Below are positions 41,207 through 57,372 of a stretch of 64,000 nt of DNA, one piece after another. The position numbers were made by a program, and so were the translations under genes. The notes under the pieces are model-generated. The model was not told the DNA's origin, searched no databases, and was given only the letters and a program-made list of their open reading frames with translations. This stretch comes from Eledone cirrhosa (lineage: Eukaryota), in assembly GCA_964016885.1 (NCBI GenBank), contig OZ024748.1, positions 4,650,001 to 4,714,000 on the forward strand, read 5' to 3'. Position 1 is the stretch's first letter, and every line of letters starts with the position of its first letter.

Positions 41207-41778
41207 AGAGGGGGGAGAGAGGGAACGAGGTGAATATGTATTTCTATCAGGTATGGATATATGTATAAAGGTGAAAACTATAATACACCGTAAATCAGTT
41301 AGTCCAGTGCTCTCTTTACATTTACCATAATACAGTGGTAATGTAAGACTGAAACTAAATGCTTTAAAGTATTTAGCTTCATGCTTCACGCTAGTGATTT
41401 CAAACACATTCGCCCCTGTTCTTCTTTGGCCTTTCATCGTTTCATAGTCGATAAAACATACATACACGAGTCATTATGGTTAATTATACATTACAGCACA
41501 CAGCATGGGAGATAATCGATGTCTGCCCACTTAGTCCACTTACTCTTGCTGTGAAAATTGTAATCAGATACTGTGATCATCAGCCAATAACGTAACGAGG
41601 GAGCTATCGTAATTTCGATTCATCCCCTCATCGCCCCACCCCCCCGGACCCAGAGGAGCGTCTCTTTGGCTTCACTATTGATGAGTCACACCACCTCTTT
41701 TCTTTTTTTCTCACTGATTCACTCACTTCCTTATCTCTCACATTCTCATACATTTAATATGTTCATGTGAAGTCCATG

Positions 41779-41889
<111 letters not shown>

Positions 41890-41961
41890 TATATGAAAGA
41901 CGTAACATATATATTTGCTAGCATGGGTATACATCTGTATACATATGTTGGTAGATATACT

Positions 41962-42041
<80 letters not shown>

Positions 42042-42379
42042 CGAGAGAGAGGGGGGGGAGGCACCATATGACATCTCGACAGAATATTGTAAAAACGGCG
42101 TGTGGAATGTGTGTGTGTCATGGGTCATTCGTTTTACCTCGTTTATTAGCTACCAGAACTGTGACCATGATTTGGACTTTTTCTGTCAATGTGCATCCTA
42201 TGTCTCTACTATGATGTGATGTATGTATACGTGCATACATACGCATATAAATATATATATATATATATATCACGATACATTAACGGAGCCATAGACTCTC
42301 GCCGTTCCCTGTAAATAATGTGCTCAAAGGAGAGGAAATCCTGGACACTTTAGAATACAATATGTTGTGTGTTACCTTT

Positions 42380-42424
<45 letters not shown>

Positions 42425-42966
42425 CCATATTTATCTATAGAGATGACTTTGAAATTATGTTACATCAATGACATCATTAATCAAACATAAAGGCTATTAG
42501 CTCACAAGCTTTATGGTTTTCGGCTAGTTTGAAAGTTTACATCAGCTCTCAGATCAAATACCATACACCGGTTTCTTAAATTAATTATCTCGCATTCATT
42601 AGATTTTTTTATTCCCAATTAATGTTAACTAATTTAATATTACTTAATTATAATTTTCTATTATATTTCAATTCATTTTTTTTTTTTTTTCGATTTAATT
42701 CAAGTCTTAAAATTCTCAATAATAATTTTACTACACAAAACTCAACTATTACTTATTCTTATATTTATGTCATAGGTAAGAAAAGGTACTCTAATCTCTA
42801 AACTCATAGGAGGATCGTAGGAGTGCCGTCCTGCACACGGTGTGTCTTGGGCATATTACGCCTACTGGATCCTATTCTCTGCAGCTGATTTCTTCAAGAG
42901 AAAGAGGCAGAATCGACCGCTAGTACTGGTCAGCTACTTTATTAGACTTGTTTCTATGTTAGAAAT

Positions 42967-43291
42967 AATTGTTTCTACTTTAGGCACAAGGCCATCAATT
43001 ACCCAGTACATTACTTTATTTTATCGACCCCGTAAGGATGAAAGGCAAAGTTAACCTCGGCGGGATTTGAACTCAGACTTAGTGGATGGACAAAAGAGTT
43101 AGACAGTCGGACAAACAGGTAGCGGTATTTGTTCGGATTCTTTAAGTTTTGAGTTCAAGTCCCGTCGAGATTAACTTTGACTTTCATCCTTACGGGGTCG
43201 ATAAAATAAAGTACCAGTAACACACTGGGATCGTTTTAATTGACTTTCCCCTCATCCAAAATTGTTGCCCTTGTTCCTAAATCAGAAGCGA
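42967..43291. mobile_element. Divergent S1 SINE pair (42967-43078 minus, truncated; 43082-43291 plus)
   Basis: S1 central domain in both orientations. Confidence 0.8.
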
Positions 43292-43496
43292 TTATTATTA
43301 TTATTGTTCTTTGAGTCTCAGTCATTGATGTTAGTTAACTGGAAAGTTTGTTGAAATGAATATCAAGCCACTATCTGCAGCCTCAGATATTCAGGACGTA
43401 TCGGAGGGTTCTTGCTGTTCTTGAAGCGTTCCCAAAAGCGTGGCGGGGCCAATTTTCTTTAACCATCCCTGGAAACTTTTTGAGATAGTACCTTAT

Positions 43497-43669
43497 GGGA
43501 GTATCGGTAGAGGGTCGGACGCCATGCTTTCCAGCATAGTTACGTCCCTTTATGATCTGAGTTCAAATCCCGCCGAGGTTGACTTTGCCTTTCATCCTTA
43601 CGGGGTCGATAAAATAAAGTACCAGTAATGCACTGGGTGATTGCTGGCCTTGTGCCTAAAGTAGAAACA

Positions 43670-43672
<3 letters not shown>
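43497..43672 (+). mobile_element. SINE S1 with long (ATT)n tail
   Basis: Consensus match followed by (ATT)n to 43736. Confidence 0.92.
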
Positions 43673-43737
<65 letters not shown>

Positions 43738-43738
43738 A

Positions 43739-43982
43739 GGTGGAAAACTGGGAGAGGGCACTTGCCCTGGTGGTCAGGGTCACAGTGGCTTTTTAATGGG
43801 CTTTCTCCACGAATGTCCCTCGGAAGTCTCCCTCCTATTGGGGAATTTTTCATTGTTATTTTTTTGTTACATCCTCTGTTTTTGTTTTTTACACGCAGAA
43901 ATGCCCATTTGTACCGTCCTGTATTGTCCTGTAATGTCCTTAATGTCTACTTTATGTAAACCCTTGTGGTTAATAAAGAAAG
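43739..43982 (+). mobile_element. Possible 5'-truncated LINE 3' UTR inserted in an (ATT)n tract
   Basis: Unique segment ending TGTAAACCCTTGTGGTTAATAAAGAAA, flanked by (ATT)n on both sides. Confidence 0.45.
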
Positions 43983-44040
<58 letters not shown>

Positions 44041-44459
44041 AAATAAATTAAAAAAATAAATAAAGAATCATTATTATTATTATTAATATTATTTATAGGG
44101 TGTGTCTATGATTTACTTAAGAACACATTTCACTTATACAAAACAATAAACAAATAAATAAATAAGTAAAATAAAACAACAAAAACAAAACAACAGAATA
44201 AAAAAACAAGACATAGTTGACTAAAAAGAACAGAGAAACAAACAAATAAAGCTATATAGAGAGAGAGAAGGGTAGGAGGTGAGGGCGTATGGGTGGACGG
44301 GTGGGAGGTAATCTCTAAGAACTGATTCCATATGGGATTGGTGAAATATATACCATTTTGAATTAAGTGTGTCAACTCCACTATAAAAGTTTTAGAGAAT
44401 TTACCGTTCGAAATATACGTGTCAACGCCAAAAAAACGTGGACAGAAAAAGGATATATA

Positions 44460-44529
<70 letters not shown>

Positions 44530-44539
44530 TTATATATAT

Positions 44540-44854
44540 ATATACAATATATTAACAAATGGAAACTATATTTATAAAACCATATTTATTTCATTATACA
44601 TATTTCAAGGGCCACCAAGGCAAACTATGGTGCGCTTTCATCAGATAAATTTTATCTGATGAAAGCGCACCATAGTTTGCCTTGGTGGCCCTTGAAATAT
44701 GTATAATGAAATAAATATGGTTTTATAAATATAGTTTCCATTTGTTAATATATTGTATATTTACTCCAATAATTTGTTGAGTGCTTTATATCAGTTATAA
44801 AAATATTTTGCTTGTTGTATCGTTGTATCCCAACAAATTAAATATAACCTCTAC
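44540..44854 (+). mobile_element. Fold-back element with near-perfect ~110-bp arms (44540-44760)
   Basis: Palindrome centred at 44650; single-copy 3' tail to 44854. Confidence 0.85.
44649..44712 (+). ncRNA. Intact type I hammerhead motif (mirror 44590-44649 on minus)
   Basis: ATTTTAT-CTGATGA-AAG cg CACCA tagtttgcct TGGTG gcc CTT-GAA-ATATGTAT-A-ATGAAAT. Confidence 0.78.
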
Positions 44855-44874
44855 ACACACACACACACACACAA

Positions 44875-44922
<48 letters not shown>

Positions 44923-45660
44923 AATATATATATATATATTTATATATATATTTATTAAAATAAAAGATTAAAGTTTAAGCAAAGAATCGCTGCTTTCACC
45001 CTTAACGGGATATTCATATATATATATATATTTTTTTTTTTTGCGTAATTGCGTATATATATTTTCACATTTTCAATATGTATATATATATCTTTTCATA
45101 TATATATATATCTATATAAATATATATATATATATATATACACACGTTGGACTACAGTTCATATTATTCTCTTCTGTTTTACTATTTCTCTTCCTTCTAT
45201 ATTTGAACACAGAGTGTAGAGTGCCAGATGTAATACCAACACAAAGCATGTTACAGCACATTCTAACGACTTTATCATTTCTCAGCTTATTGCTGAATAA
45301 TTAAAAAATATTTTACAAAGAAAAACCAAACAAAAACAGTACTTAATTTAAAGCTATTTAAATGTTGAAGTATAGAAATGTTAATCCTTCTTCCTGAACT
45401 TAGTGTTAAGTTTCTTTCCGTTTGATTCATGTCCTTTTCTTCAGATATTTCTTATTCTTTAAATCCCTCTTAGAAATAATTTCAAGACATAAAGCTTTGA
45501 TCTAAGAAATATTTGAATTTTTTAGTTTCTTCTATTTATCAATTTAATTGCAAATGCCACTTCATGTGTTGTACGGCGTTTAATTTATGATTTTATTCTT
45601 AATATATAAAAATGAATGAATGCATGTATGCCTGTATGATTATACATACGACTGTCTATT

Positions 45661-45695
<35 letters not shown>

Positions 45696-45747
45696 GTATA
45701 ATATTAAGAATATTAATAAATGGAAAATATCTTTATAAAACCATATT

Positions 45748-45808
45748 TATTTTATTATACATATTTCAAGGATACTAACATTTAAGTAAGCTTTCGCCAG
45801 ATAAAATA
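45748..45808 (-). ncRNA. Decayed HHR (A6G), same family as 44649
   Basis: TATTTTAT-CTGGCGA-AAG...CTT-GAA-ATATGTAT-A-ATAAAATA; 8-bp stem I. Confidence 0.6.
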
Positions 45809-46924
45809 TATTTGGAGTTAAGATAGTGATATATCTTCATGTGAACTTAATGATATAAGTCCAAAAAAAATATATATATATTTATACATATGCCAGTGTA
45901 TTTATATGTATATATGTATGTTTATAAATATGCCTATATATTTATATGCATATCTATATGTTTATACATATGCCTGTATGTATATTTATATGTATATCTA
46001 TATGTATATACATATGTCTGTATATCTATATGCATAAACATATATGCACACACACACATATATATATATATATGTATGTATATCTGTATATTTATACATA
46101 TATCTATATATATTTATATAAATAATAAAATGCATAACTAGGTACAGAATTTTGAAAATACTTACCTACCTACCTACATATATAGAGACACTCACACACA
46201 CTCACTGTCACACACTCACACACACGCTCGCATACATATATACATATATATATAAATGCCTTAAACTCTTAAATTTTTGGTTTGTAAATTGTAACTAAAT
46301 AAGGGATCTGCGTGCTCCTATCATTGCATTGAGCTAAAAGACACCTAATGAATGAGTAAAATTTAGACTCATTAAAATTAATATTATATATATATATATA
46401 TACTTCAAAGCTAGCCGAAAGCATTGGCAGCTTCCGTTGGGATTTTATCACTTACTATAAATATAATATATCAATAATATTATCCACACATGCGTGGAAG
46501 CCGCATGGCCGAATGGTTAAGAAGTTCGTTTCGCAAACATTAGGCGCCAGATTCGACCCCCTTACATGTGTTTTTTTTACCAAAGCTGCGCGTCGAAATT
46601 TGGCAGTCAGCAATTGCTTGGAAGCCTATCGGATAACTGAAATGAAATTCGTACACAGTGTCACACTGAAACTCCCCGAGACTCAACGTTGAAGGTACTC
46701 GTGTTTGTGGAATGCTCAGCCACCACTTCGAAGCTTTATTGCATGCATACATATGTACGACAACCATTTAGGAATATATACAATAACTCTATAAATACAC
46801 ACTTACGACATGTATTTATGTATGTGTATATACATATATTACAAAAAATGTATACACAAATCGACAGCATTCAAATAAATATTGTCTGTACAGGTAATCA
46901 AAGCCTGTATACATAATTTGGGAC

Positions 46925-46973
<49 letters not shown>

Positions 46974-47401
46974 GTATATATATATATATATATAACATTG
47001 CATTATGTCTACTCCATTTCTGTAATAACACCGTACCTCTATATTTACGAATATACATGCGTATAACGTATATATATCTTCTATGATCTCATATATATAT
47101 ATATATGTGTGTGTGTGTATATATGTATATATATATACATATATATATCATTTACATAGAAATGCAGGAACACGCCAGAGTTAGTGTCTTATCTGTTTAA
47201 TCGTTCGTTACGAACTGGTCCATAAATTCCGGTTTCATCCGGTTACTAATACTTGATTTTGTCTGTCTCCACACTAACATTATATTAAAGACTGAGACTA
47301 GACTTATCACTCTTGCTACTACTGCTGCTACTGGTGGTGCTGCTACTACTACTACTACTACTACTACTACAGCTGCTGTTACTACTACTACTACTACTTA
47401 T

Positions 47402-47586
47402 AATTGTTTCTACATTTGGCACAAGGCCAGCAATTATCCCAGTATCCCTGGTACTTTATTTTATCGATCCCGTAAGGATAAAAGGCAAAGTTAACCTCGG
47501 CGGGATTTGAACTCAGAATGGCAAGGGCCGTAACTCTATGCATCAAAGTATGGCGTCCGACCCTCTACTGATACTGCCAATCCACC
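47402..47586 (-). mobile_element. SINE S1, full length
   Basis: Consensus match. Confidence 0.9.
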
Positions 47587-47672
47587 AACGATGAGGATGA
47601 TGATGTTTATGCTAATGGCAAAAAATAAAAAAATAATTATAATTCGCCATACAGAATAAAATTCATTTAACA

Positions 47673-47729
<57 letters not shown>

Positions 47730-47789
47730 TCTCTCTCACTCTCTCTCTATCTCTCACTCTCTCTCTCTCTCATATTGTGTTGAATATAA

Positions 47790-47997
47790 GAGGTGTGTTG
47801 AAACAGATATTGTTATACTTTGGGAGAGTCATATTGCCAAGAAAAACACACGCACCTGTCGGTTTCCACTTGAATTTATGACAAATTTCCAGTTGGTTGT
47901 TTGTTTATTGTCAAAGCACTTTAGTCACACATTCTGTTATCTCCTCAGTGACTAATTTGTTATTTTCTGTCTCTCTTTTTTTTCTGTCCTACACCAT
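47790..47997 (-). mobile_element. Diverged copy of the 58686 family with decayed HHR (47910-47952)
   Basis: GTCA-CTGAGGA-GATAAC agaatgt GTGAC-TAA-AGTGCT-T-TGAC; flanks match 58675-58740. Confidence 0.7.
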
Positions 47998-48116
47998 CTT
48001 GTTAGCAATATATACCTTTTCATATTACGTATTATATTTTCTAAATATGTCCATTGTCTCCATAATTCTGTTTGGGGAAATTGCTAAACCATCATCACTA
48101 TACATTCATAAGTTAT

Positions 48117-48451
48117 AATTGTTTCTACTTTTGGCACAAGGCCAGCAATTATATCAGTGTATTACTGGTACTTTATTTGAACTCAGAACGTGAAGGGCCA
48201 TAACTCTATGCTGCAAAGAATGGAGTCTCACACTCAACCAATACTGCCAATCCACCGCCCTCAAATAAAGTTTCTGCTTTTGGCACAAGGCCAGCAATTA
48301 TCCCAGTGTATTACTGGTACTTTATTTTATCGACCCCGTAAGGATGAGAGGCAAAGTCAACCTCGGCGAGATTTGAACTCAGAATCCAAAGGGCCATAAC
48401 TCTATGCTGCAAAGCATGGTGTCTGACGCTCTACCGATACTGCCAAACCAA
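48117..48451 (-). mobile_element. Two tandem S1 SINE copies (48117-48256 deleted; 48269-48451)
   Basis: Consensus match; the first copy lacks the central domain. Confidence 0.88.
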
Positions 48452-48864
48452 GGTATAATGCTGGTTTGTTTGATGAGGAGGTGCCTCAGGTGAAAAGTTA
48501 TACGAAAAGACACATAATTAATAAAAAAAAATACATATTTTCTGTGTATTAATTTGAGTTAATGAATTTAATATTAATTTCCCTAGCGAAATCTATTACC
48601 CCTCCCCCCTCCACACACATATACTATAGAAGATACATATGTATATGCGCATTTCATGCATGTATGTATGCATATGTATGTGTGTGTGTGGGGTGTGTGT
48701 GTGTGTGAATCGGTGTTGGTGTATGTGTGCATGTGTGTATGTGAGTATGTGAATGTATGTGTGTGCATATGAATATGTGTGAATGTGTACGTGTCTGTGT
48801 GTGAAAGTGTGGTTGTTATATATGTGTATATACGCAACACTTCCTCTCTCTCTCTCTCTCTCTC

Positions 48865-48920
<56 letters not shown>

Positions 48921-48928
48921 AGATATAC

Positions 48929-49045
<117 letters not shown>

Positions 49046-49110
49046 TATATATATGTTGATTTAAAACTGCACTATCCACAAGTGTTTTTAACCTTCATAT
49101 CATGTCTTCC

Positions 49111-49181
49111 TATTTTATCTGATGAAAACACAAATGTTATTGCATGATGATATTTATTTTTGAAATGCGCATAATAAAATA
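49111..49181 (+). ncRNA. Intact type I hammerhead motif (element 49053-49213)
   Basis: TATTTTAT-CTGATGA-AAACACAAATGTTAT tgcatg ATGATATTTATTTTT-GAA-ATGCGCAT-A-ATAAAATA. Confidence 0.8.
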
Positions 49182-49416
49182 CATGGAACTCTTTTAACCA
49201 TCTTTTGATCTTATATATTATATATACTCCAGTCCTACAAACTGTAGAGTGCTTCTTATCCGATATCTGCATTGCTTTATTGTACTACAATAAAACTCAC
49301 CTCCTACATATATAGGGCGGTGCCCCAGCATGGCCTCAGCCGGATGGCTGAAACAGGTAAAAGAGAATATGTATATATATATATTTATTTTTGCTTCAGT
49401 GTTTTCTATACCTTTC

Positions 49417-49490
<74 letters not shown>

Positions 49491-49527
49491 ATAGAGATAT
49501 ACAACACACACACACATATACATACAT

Positions 49528-49581
<54 letters not shown>

Positions 49582-49889
49582 CTCAATGTCAGTGTTCGTT
49601 ACGTTACACGCTAGAGCATAAGTTAGCCTCTATAAGTGTGACATCTGTTAGACAAATGGGAATCACATACGGTTTGCATTTAGAATGTTTCCTTCATTTA
49701 AACATCTACAAACTAGAAAATAAAAAAAAATTCATTTCATTTCATAAACCTACTTTGTTCAGGACCCAAACATTCTTCTAATCATCTCAATCGCTCGTCA
49801 TTCCTTTTCAATATTTTTTTTTTGTTATATATATATATATATATATATATTTATTTTTGTGTTTATTTTTTATACATATACATATGTTA

Positions 49890-49970
<81 letters not shown>

Positions 49971-50063
49971 AATATGTGTGTATATATGTACACACGCACA
50001 TACGCGCACGCACACACACACACACAAATGCACGCGCGCACACACGCACACACACACACACAT

Positions 50064-50096
<33 letters not shown>

Positions 50097-50991
50097 GTAA
50101 CTTCTGTGATTTTTATGCCAGTTTCCGGTCCCTTTTCTATGACCAGCCGCAGTACTCTGTCAACACTCTCAGAGATTCTTCCGTCACAATTTCCGACCAA
50201 ACCCCTAAGGGGTTAAAATATCATATAAGCATATATATATAAATTCATGTGTATCACCCGGATGCAGAGAGTATTTTGAATTCACATAACATTGATGTGA
50301 CTTCAGTTAGTTGAAGAATTTAAACGCAGAATGTAAATACCTAGATCTTGTAAAGAATTCTACTCAATGCTCTAATGACACAAACATAGATACATACAAG
50401 TAGGCATACATACATACATACATATCCACAATACAATCACATCCATACCTGCACACACATGCAGACATATCTACCTAGTTGATGTTGTTTAAATTCCCGT
50501 GAAAGAGTCTTGCATCTATGTTAGAAACCGATTCTCTCTCTATTGGTAACATTTTATAAAATTATAAAACCAGAAGAACATACTTACGTACATACATACA
50601 TGGTGATGGCTGGCCCCTCGTTATCGAGTATGGCCATTGCACGATATACCCTTATTAATAATTATCAATTAATGCTATCGTGCAATGCCTGTGCGTGAAC
50701 ATTTTTTTTAAGTAAGGAAAGACTGTGCACGGAGCCAATCCCACATACATACATACATACATACATACATGCATACATACATACATACATATATATATAC
50801 ATACATCTGTTAGTCTATCCCTCCACCCATGGGCTCTTAATACCACATTGATTCTTAAGATGTCATTAAGGCATAAGATGTGTCTGTCGCATCTCATTTC
50901 TACAACTGCGTGAACTGAAGCAACGTCTGATGTTTGACATAGTTGTTAGAACCGTCGGACAAATACAAGATTTGTCTGTACAAATTCCGTT

Positions 50992-51058
<67 letters not shown>

Positions 51059-51548
51059 AATATGAGAAAAAACGTGCTGCAGGGTTGCTAATGGATTACA
51101 TATGAATAAAGTTAGTCCTTCATCAGTGATCTTCCAACCATCATTGGTATTTCATCGCTTTAAAGACCATATACCTCCGGTTGGTGCGAGCAACGGCTAA
51201 AAAAAGGCGTTGGGACACGTAAATAAAGGGAACACGAGTGTAAACAAACAAAATAGTGAAGCAACGAAAAGTGAGGAAGAAAGAGTCAAGTCCCAAATTT
51301 CTATGAATTTAAATTCGGTGAAATCCTGAACGAGAGAGAATAAAGACCATCAAACCTGGTTGGAATGTAAGCAAGGAAGGAATTCCGTACAGGTCTAACG
51401 GGAGGAGGAAGGGATCTAGTGTCCAAAACGTTAAGACACTCTTCGTGCTATATCAAGCGTTAACCTAATATATCCCTTCCATATACTGTACCGATTGTGT
51501 TGTTATTTCTGTTTACCTTTTACATACATACATACATATATATATATA

Positions 51549-51865
<317 letters not shown>

Positions 51866-51921
51866 TATACAACGAAAACACGACCACAACAATATTACTA
51901 AACGGACTACCGTCCGTTTAG

Positions 51922-51969
<48 letters not shown>

Positions 51970-52406
51970 TGTGTTTCGTCATTTCTTCAACCAAATAACA
52001 ATGATTCTATTTGATAAACGTCTGGAATATCTAATTATCACCTCATTATCACATTATCACATAATTACCACAATATCGTATATCACATCATCTAATATCC
52101 TCACCAACACAAACAATAAAACAACATCAAAAACAACAGCAATAACAATAATAACAACAACAACATAAAGCATAAAATACACAAGAGAATAATAAGAAAG
52201 CAGTAAGAACTGGTCATTACGAATGTCCTTAGGGCAATTTGGATATCGTATGATAGAATATTTGATGATATCCAGGGCTTGGTACAGCTTCAGCGATTAT
52301 CATATAACTGAATATCGTATAACTGACCAACAGGTCAACGATAATTTACTCTTATGTATATACGTATATATATATATATATATATATATGGATATACAAT
52401 TGTGTG

Positions 52407-52443
<37 letters not shown>

Positions 52444-52470
52444 CGTATATATGGATATACAATTGTGTGC

Positions 52471-52600
<130 letters not shown>

Positions 52601-52723
52601 GTATATACGTGCGGGAGGGGTGTGCGTCAAAAGTGATAGAAGATTATCCACGCGAACTTACGATATATTTTACCATAAAAAATAATACACACATTTATAT
52701 ATATGTTGGTGTGTCTATACATG

Positions 52724-52774
<51 letters not shown>

Positions 52775-53128
52775 TTTTTCGTATATATGTTATTTATATA
52801 TATATATATATATTATATGATCAATTAAGTTAAATTTAATTTCGTTTCGTTATTTGTTTTTATTATATGATCTATACATGCAAATATAAAAGCGTAGATA
52901 TTTCACTAAGTACCGAAAATGAAAGTGAAACTAAAGATTAAGTTTATGACTAACTGTAGATATCATATCACAATATCATATACATTAAGACACACACAAA
53001 ACTCTTATTGTTGATCATTATAAGACGTTGTTGATGCAGCTAAGACTGACATGATGTCGTCATTAACTCTGATGGGATCCTCAATTGTCGCACATCTGAT
53101 TTATGTTTCTGTTATGGAATCTCAAATT

Positions 53129-53159
<31 letters not shown>

Positions 53160-53236
53160 TTTTTTTTTTATTAGAATAACAGATTAAAGTTTAAGCAAAG
53201 AATCGCTGCTTTCACCCTTAACGGGATCTTCTGAAT

Positions 53237-53347
<111 letters not shown>

Positions 53348-53375
53348 GTGTGTGTGTGTGTATTTGTGTGTGCGC

Positions 53376-53427
<52 letters not shown>

Positions 53428-53697
53428 GGTGTCCCAAAAATGTAAACACACTTCAATAGTATTCTAATATACATATACATACATTTATTCATAAGTAGAT
53501 ATATGAACACAAACACATACAGACATATATTCATAAACAAATATATATATAAATAAATATATATATATATATATATATATTTGTTTATAAATATATATTT
53601 ATGTATATATATATATTTGTTTATAAATATATATTTATGTATGTATATATGTACAGTATATATATAATATATATAATTTCCTCTCTCTCTCTCTCTC

Positions 53698-53807
<110 letters not shown>

Positions 53808-54198
53808 ATATATATATATATAATTTCACGCTTAAACAGTTCAGTAAAGCGTGTATGTTAGTTTTAGGTGTTGGTGCCACACCCGAAACAAAAACTGGGC
53901 GGGAAAAGCTGCCAGAATTTGTGACAGATAAACATCTTGTTAGTAAATCAGTTGAAACACATAAACGTTTATATTACTTCCTTCTTTTATTCTGTCTTTC
54001 TTTTCTGTCTTTCTTTCCTCCATATAACATATCTTGGTTTCTATTATATTAAAATATAACAACTCATCGCACTTCATGTCCTTGCTTGCATGCACATACA
54101 TAAACACATATACATAAACACACAAACATACATAAATACACACATATACAGAAAGACAAAACACACATAAATACACACACATAAACACTCACATTTAT

Positions 54199-54235
<37 letters not shown>

Positions 54236-54242
54236 AAAAACT

Positions 54243-54309
54243 TATTTTATCTGATGAGGACGTACTGTTGAACTTAGCTCAGTACCTCTGAAATATGTAT
54301 AATAAAATA
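54243..54309 (+). ncRNA. Intact type I hammerhead motif
   Basis: TATTTTAT-CTGATGA-GGA c GTACTG ttgaacttagct CAGTAC c TCT-GAA-ATATGTAT-A-ATAAAATA. Confidence 0.82.
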
Positions 54310-54445
54310 CACTTGATCACAAGAATATCTATTTTGTTAATATTTTGAATAAATATTAATAACTCTGGAAAACCATTCTGTTGAGTGCTTCCAATCTATT
54401 GTAAAACTCATTCTTTGATGTATTCATTGAACCTTGTTTAACTTT

Positions 54446-54519
<74 letters not shown>

Positions 54520-54775
54520 AGTCTGAGTGCATGTACATATGTATATATATTTATGCATATACACATATATATATATATATATATGTGTGTATGTATGTAA
54601 GTCTGAGTGCATGTACGCATGTATATATATTTATGCATATACACACATATATATATATATATATAAAGAGAAGGAGTAGGAGGGAGGGGGAGGAAGATGG
54701 AGATAGATGGAGAGCAGGAGGGAAAGAGTGAGAGAGAGAGAGGGATATAGAAGGGAGAGACACTGAGCTAGATAA

Positions 54776-54832
<57 letters not shown>

Positions 54833-54834
54833 GA

Positions 54835-54910
<76 letters not shown>

Positions 54911-55075
54911 TTCTTACATACATACACATTGTTCGAACTTTACATGTCTCCAACCGTATAGATAAGCCATCAGCCAGATATACTGCATATTATTCCGTCG
55001 TTCAGTGGAATTCTAAAAAATAAGAATTTATTTACTTAGCGCGTCTACTGAATCCGGACTGGTCACTTATTATAT

Positions 55076-55112
55076 TCTTCCGAAGAAGAGATTTTATCTC
55101 GAAATATCAGGA
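55076..55112 (+). ncRNA. Minimal HHR, U4C core variant
   Basis: TCTT-CCGAAGA-A GAGAT ttt ATCTC-GAA-ATAT-C-AGGA, followed by AATAAA. Confidence 0.6.
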
Positions 55113-55817
55113 CAGATAAATAAATACAGTAACACATACCATCTTGTTTCGTCCATTTCGCATTGTCGTATCATACACAATGCTTCAAGCAAACTTGAAC
55201 TTTCTCCAATAAAAGTAAATTCAGATTGTTTCAACTTCTTCCTTATATCAAATAAAATCTAATTAAATCGAAACGTTGATTTAGATGAAACGTTAGTTTC
55301 GACAATGAATGTTCCAGTTGCTTGATTACTTCCTCAAGAAATTAGGAGTTCAGTGACTACATATTCCACAGTGTACGTATAACATAATGCTCAGGGAGAT
55401 TCAGCCAGATAGAGTGTGCAACAAATGTCGCCCTTTCATTTATAGGTAGTCAATCAGACGCACCTCCGTCAGTTTTCCATTTAAATAATTTCACTCTAAA
55501 AGTATCAGTTCGACCATCGGGTATGGTAAATATCAGAAATACAAGATTGGATAAATAGAACTAGACGAAAAACAAACAGGAATCACAGAAAAATCAGATA
55601 AATCATTTAGAATGTCACAGCATGTGTGATGAAAGCTGTTTGACAGTGAAATAACTGTTGTGTTATTAAACTAATTGAGGAATGGATTGGTTACCTGAAT
55701 AATAATTAAACTGAGTTAAACATCAATAGCTGCGTGTGTTTATATTGACAACATGGCATTCATAATGTACAATACTCACTCCCGCGTACGCACACACACA
55801 CATATACATACATACAT

Positions 55818-55883
<66 letters not shown>

Positions 55884-56046
55884 TAATATATATATATAAA
55901 TATATAAATGAAAGGTATAGAAATTGTTTTAGCGATAAGCTAACAGTATTCCATAACATATATATAATATATATAAATATATATATATTATATATATTAT
56001 ATATATATTTATATTATATATATATTTATATTATATATTATATATA

Positions 56047-56144
<98 letters not shown>

Positions 56145-56407
56145 CATGTATGTATGTGTATATATATATATACACATACATATATATATATATGGGATAA
56201 CATATTATCGTTATAGGTAATCCAGTTAGAGGTTATGAGTGCTCTGCATCGTGGATAGTTTGAACGTACGGCTTTATTTGACTCAACAAGATGCTTCCAT
56301 AGTTATCCAGCGAGTTCGCGGTAATTTTTATGCAGGTTATACTTGGAGTAATAATAGTTAAAGAATGAAGATTAACATGGTTGGCTGTACAATAAAGGCT
56401 TTGTTGG

Positions 56408-56528
56408 AAGTACTGATGTGTTGACCATAGGTGAATAATGTATTGGAGATCGAATAACGCAACATCAAGCGATTAGCGAACTCTAGACACACATGGTCAA
56501 CGAAACAACGAAACAATTGTCAGTACTT
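56408..56528 (+). ncRNA. Decayed HHR with large stem II loop
   Basis: AAGTACT/AGTACTT stem I, (CT)GATGT core, GTTGACCAT/ATGGTCAAC stem II, duplicated GAAACAA, ACAATTGT-C. Confidence 0.5.
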
Positions 56529-56564
56529 TATTTGTTTAAAGCGTTAATCTGTGATAATATCTAC

Positions 56565-56684
56565 GGTCTGAGTTTAAATCCTGCCGAAGTTAACTTTGCC
56601 TTTCATCCTTATGGGGTCGATAAAATAAAGTACCTGTAATGTACTGGAACAATTGCTGGCCTTGTGTCAAAAGTAGAAACAATT
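56565..56684 (+). mobile_element. SINE S1, 5'-truncated
   Basis: B box through tail present. Confidence 0.85.
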
Positions 56685-56805
56685 ATTTGTAATTATATAT
56701 ACATGTGTGTGTGTTTGTGTTTCATTTTTTCGTAATTATGTCCGGGCTTTATTTTCTAGCTCGCTCAATACCCAATAGATATAAACTATTTATATTAGAG
56801 TGAAT

Positions 56806-56849
56806 ATTCCGAACATATTCCTGCCTATTCTGGGACTCCTCAGCAGAAT
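56806..56849 (-). ncRNA. Decayed HHR (GAAA to GGAA)
   Basis: ATTCTG-CTGAGGA-GTC ccagaata GGC a-GGA-ATATGT-T-CGGAAT; 6-bp stem I. Confidence 0.5.
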
Positions 56850-57329
56850 TATAATCTCACATAACTCTCCGAAATAGGCAAAAAATATCTGAATATTTCA
56901 ATATATAAACCGGACAAAAATGAAACAAAATAAAATAAAGTGAAATGAAATAAAATAAAAATAATATTGCGACAACGAAGACAAAGTTCTTGATGAAAAT
57001 ATATTTGTGGAGAATCTTACGGATGTTGCGTTGTTTCAATCTACTTATATCAAAGACAACAGTACTTATCTTTGATTTTAACAACAGCTGGAATGAAGCT
57101 GTGTCTTAAAGAATATCATACGAAACATCTGAATATTCTTTAACCTCGTCATCCTCTCTTCCTTCATCTCCTTCAGTCCCCAAACACTCCTTCATAAATT
57201 ATTCATATCTCCTTGTTTTTGTCGTGTTTCCACGTTTTTGTTTGAGGTTTTTTTCTTTGGTTTTTAATGTCAAGTAATGTTATGTTATCGCCCATGTTGA
57301 ACATGTAATTTCTTGTTATCGTTTTCATC

Positions 57330-57372
<43 letters not shown>

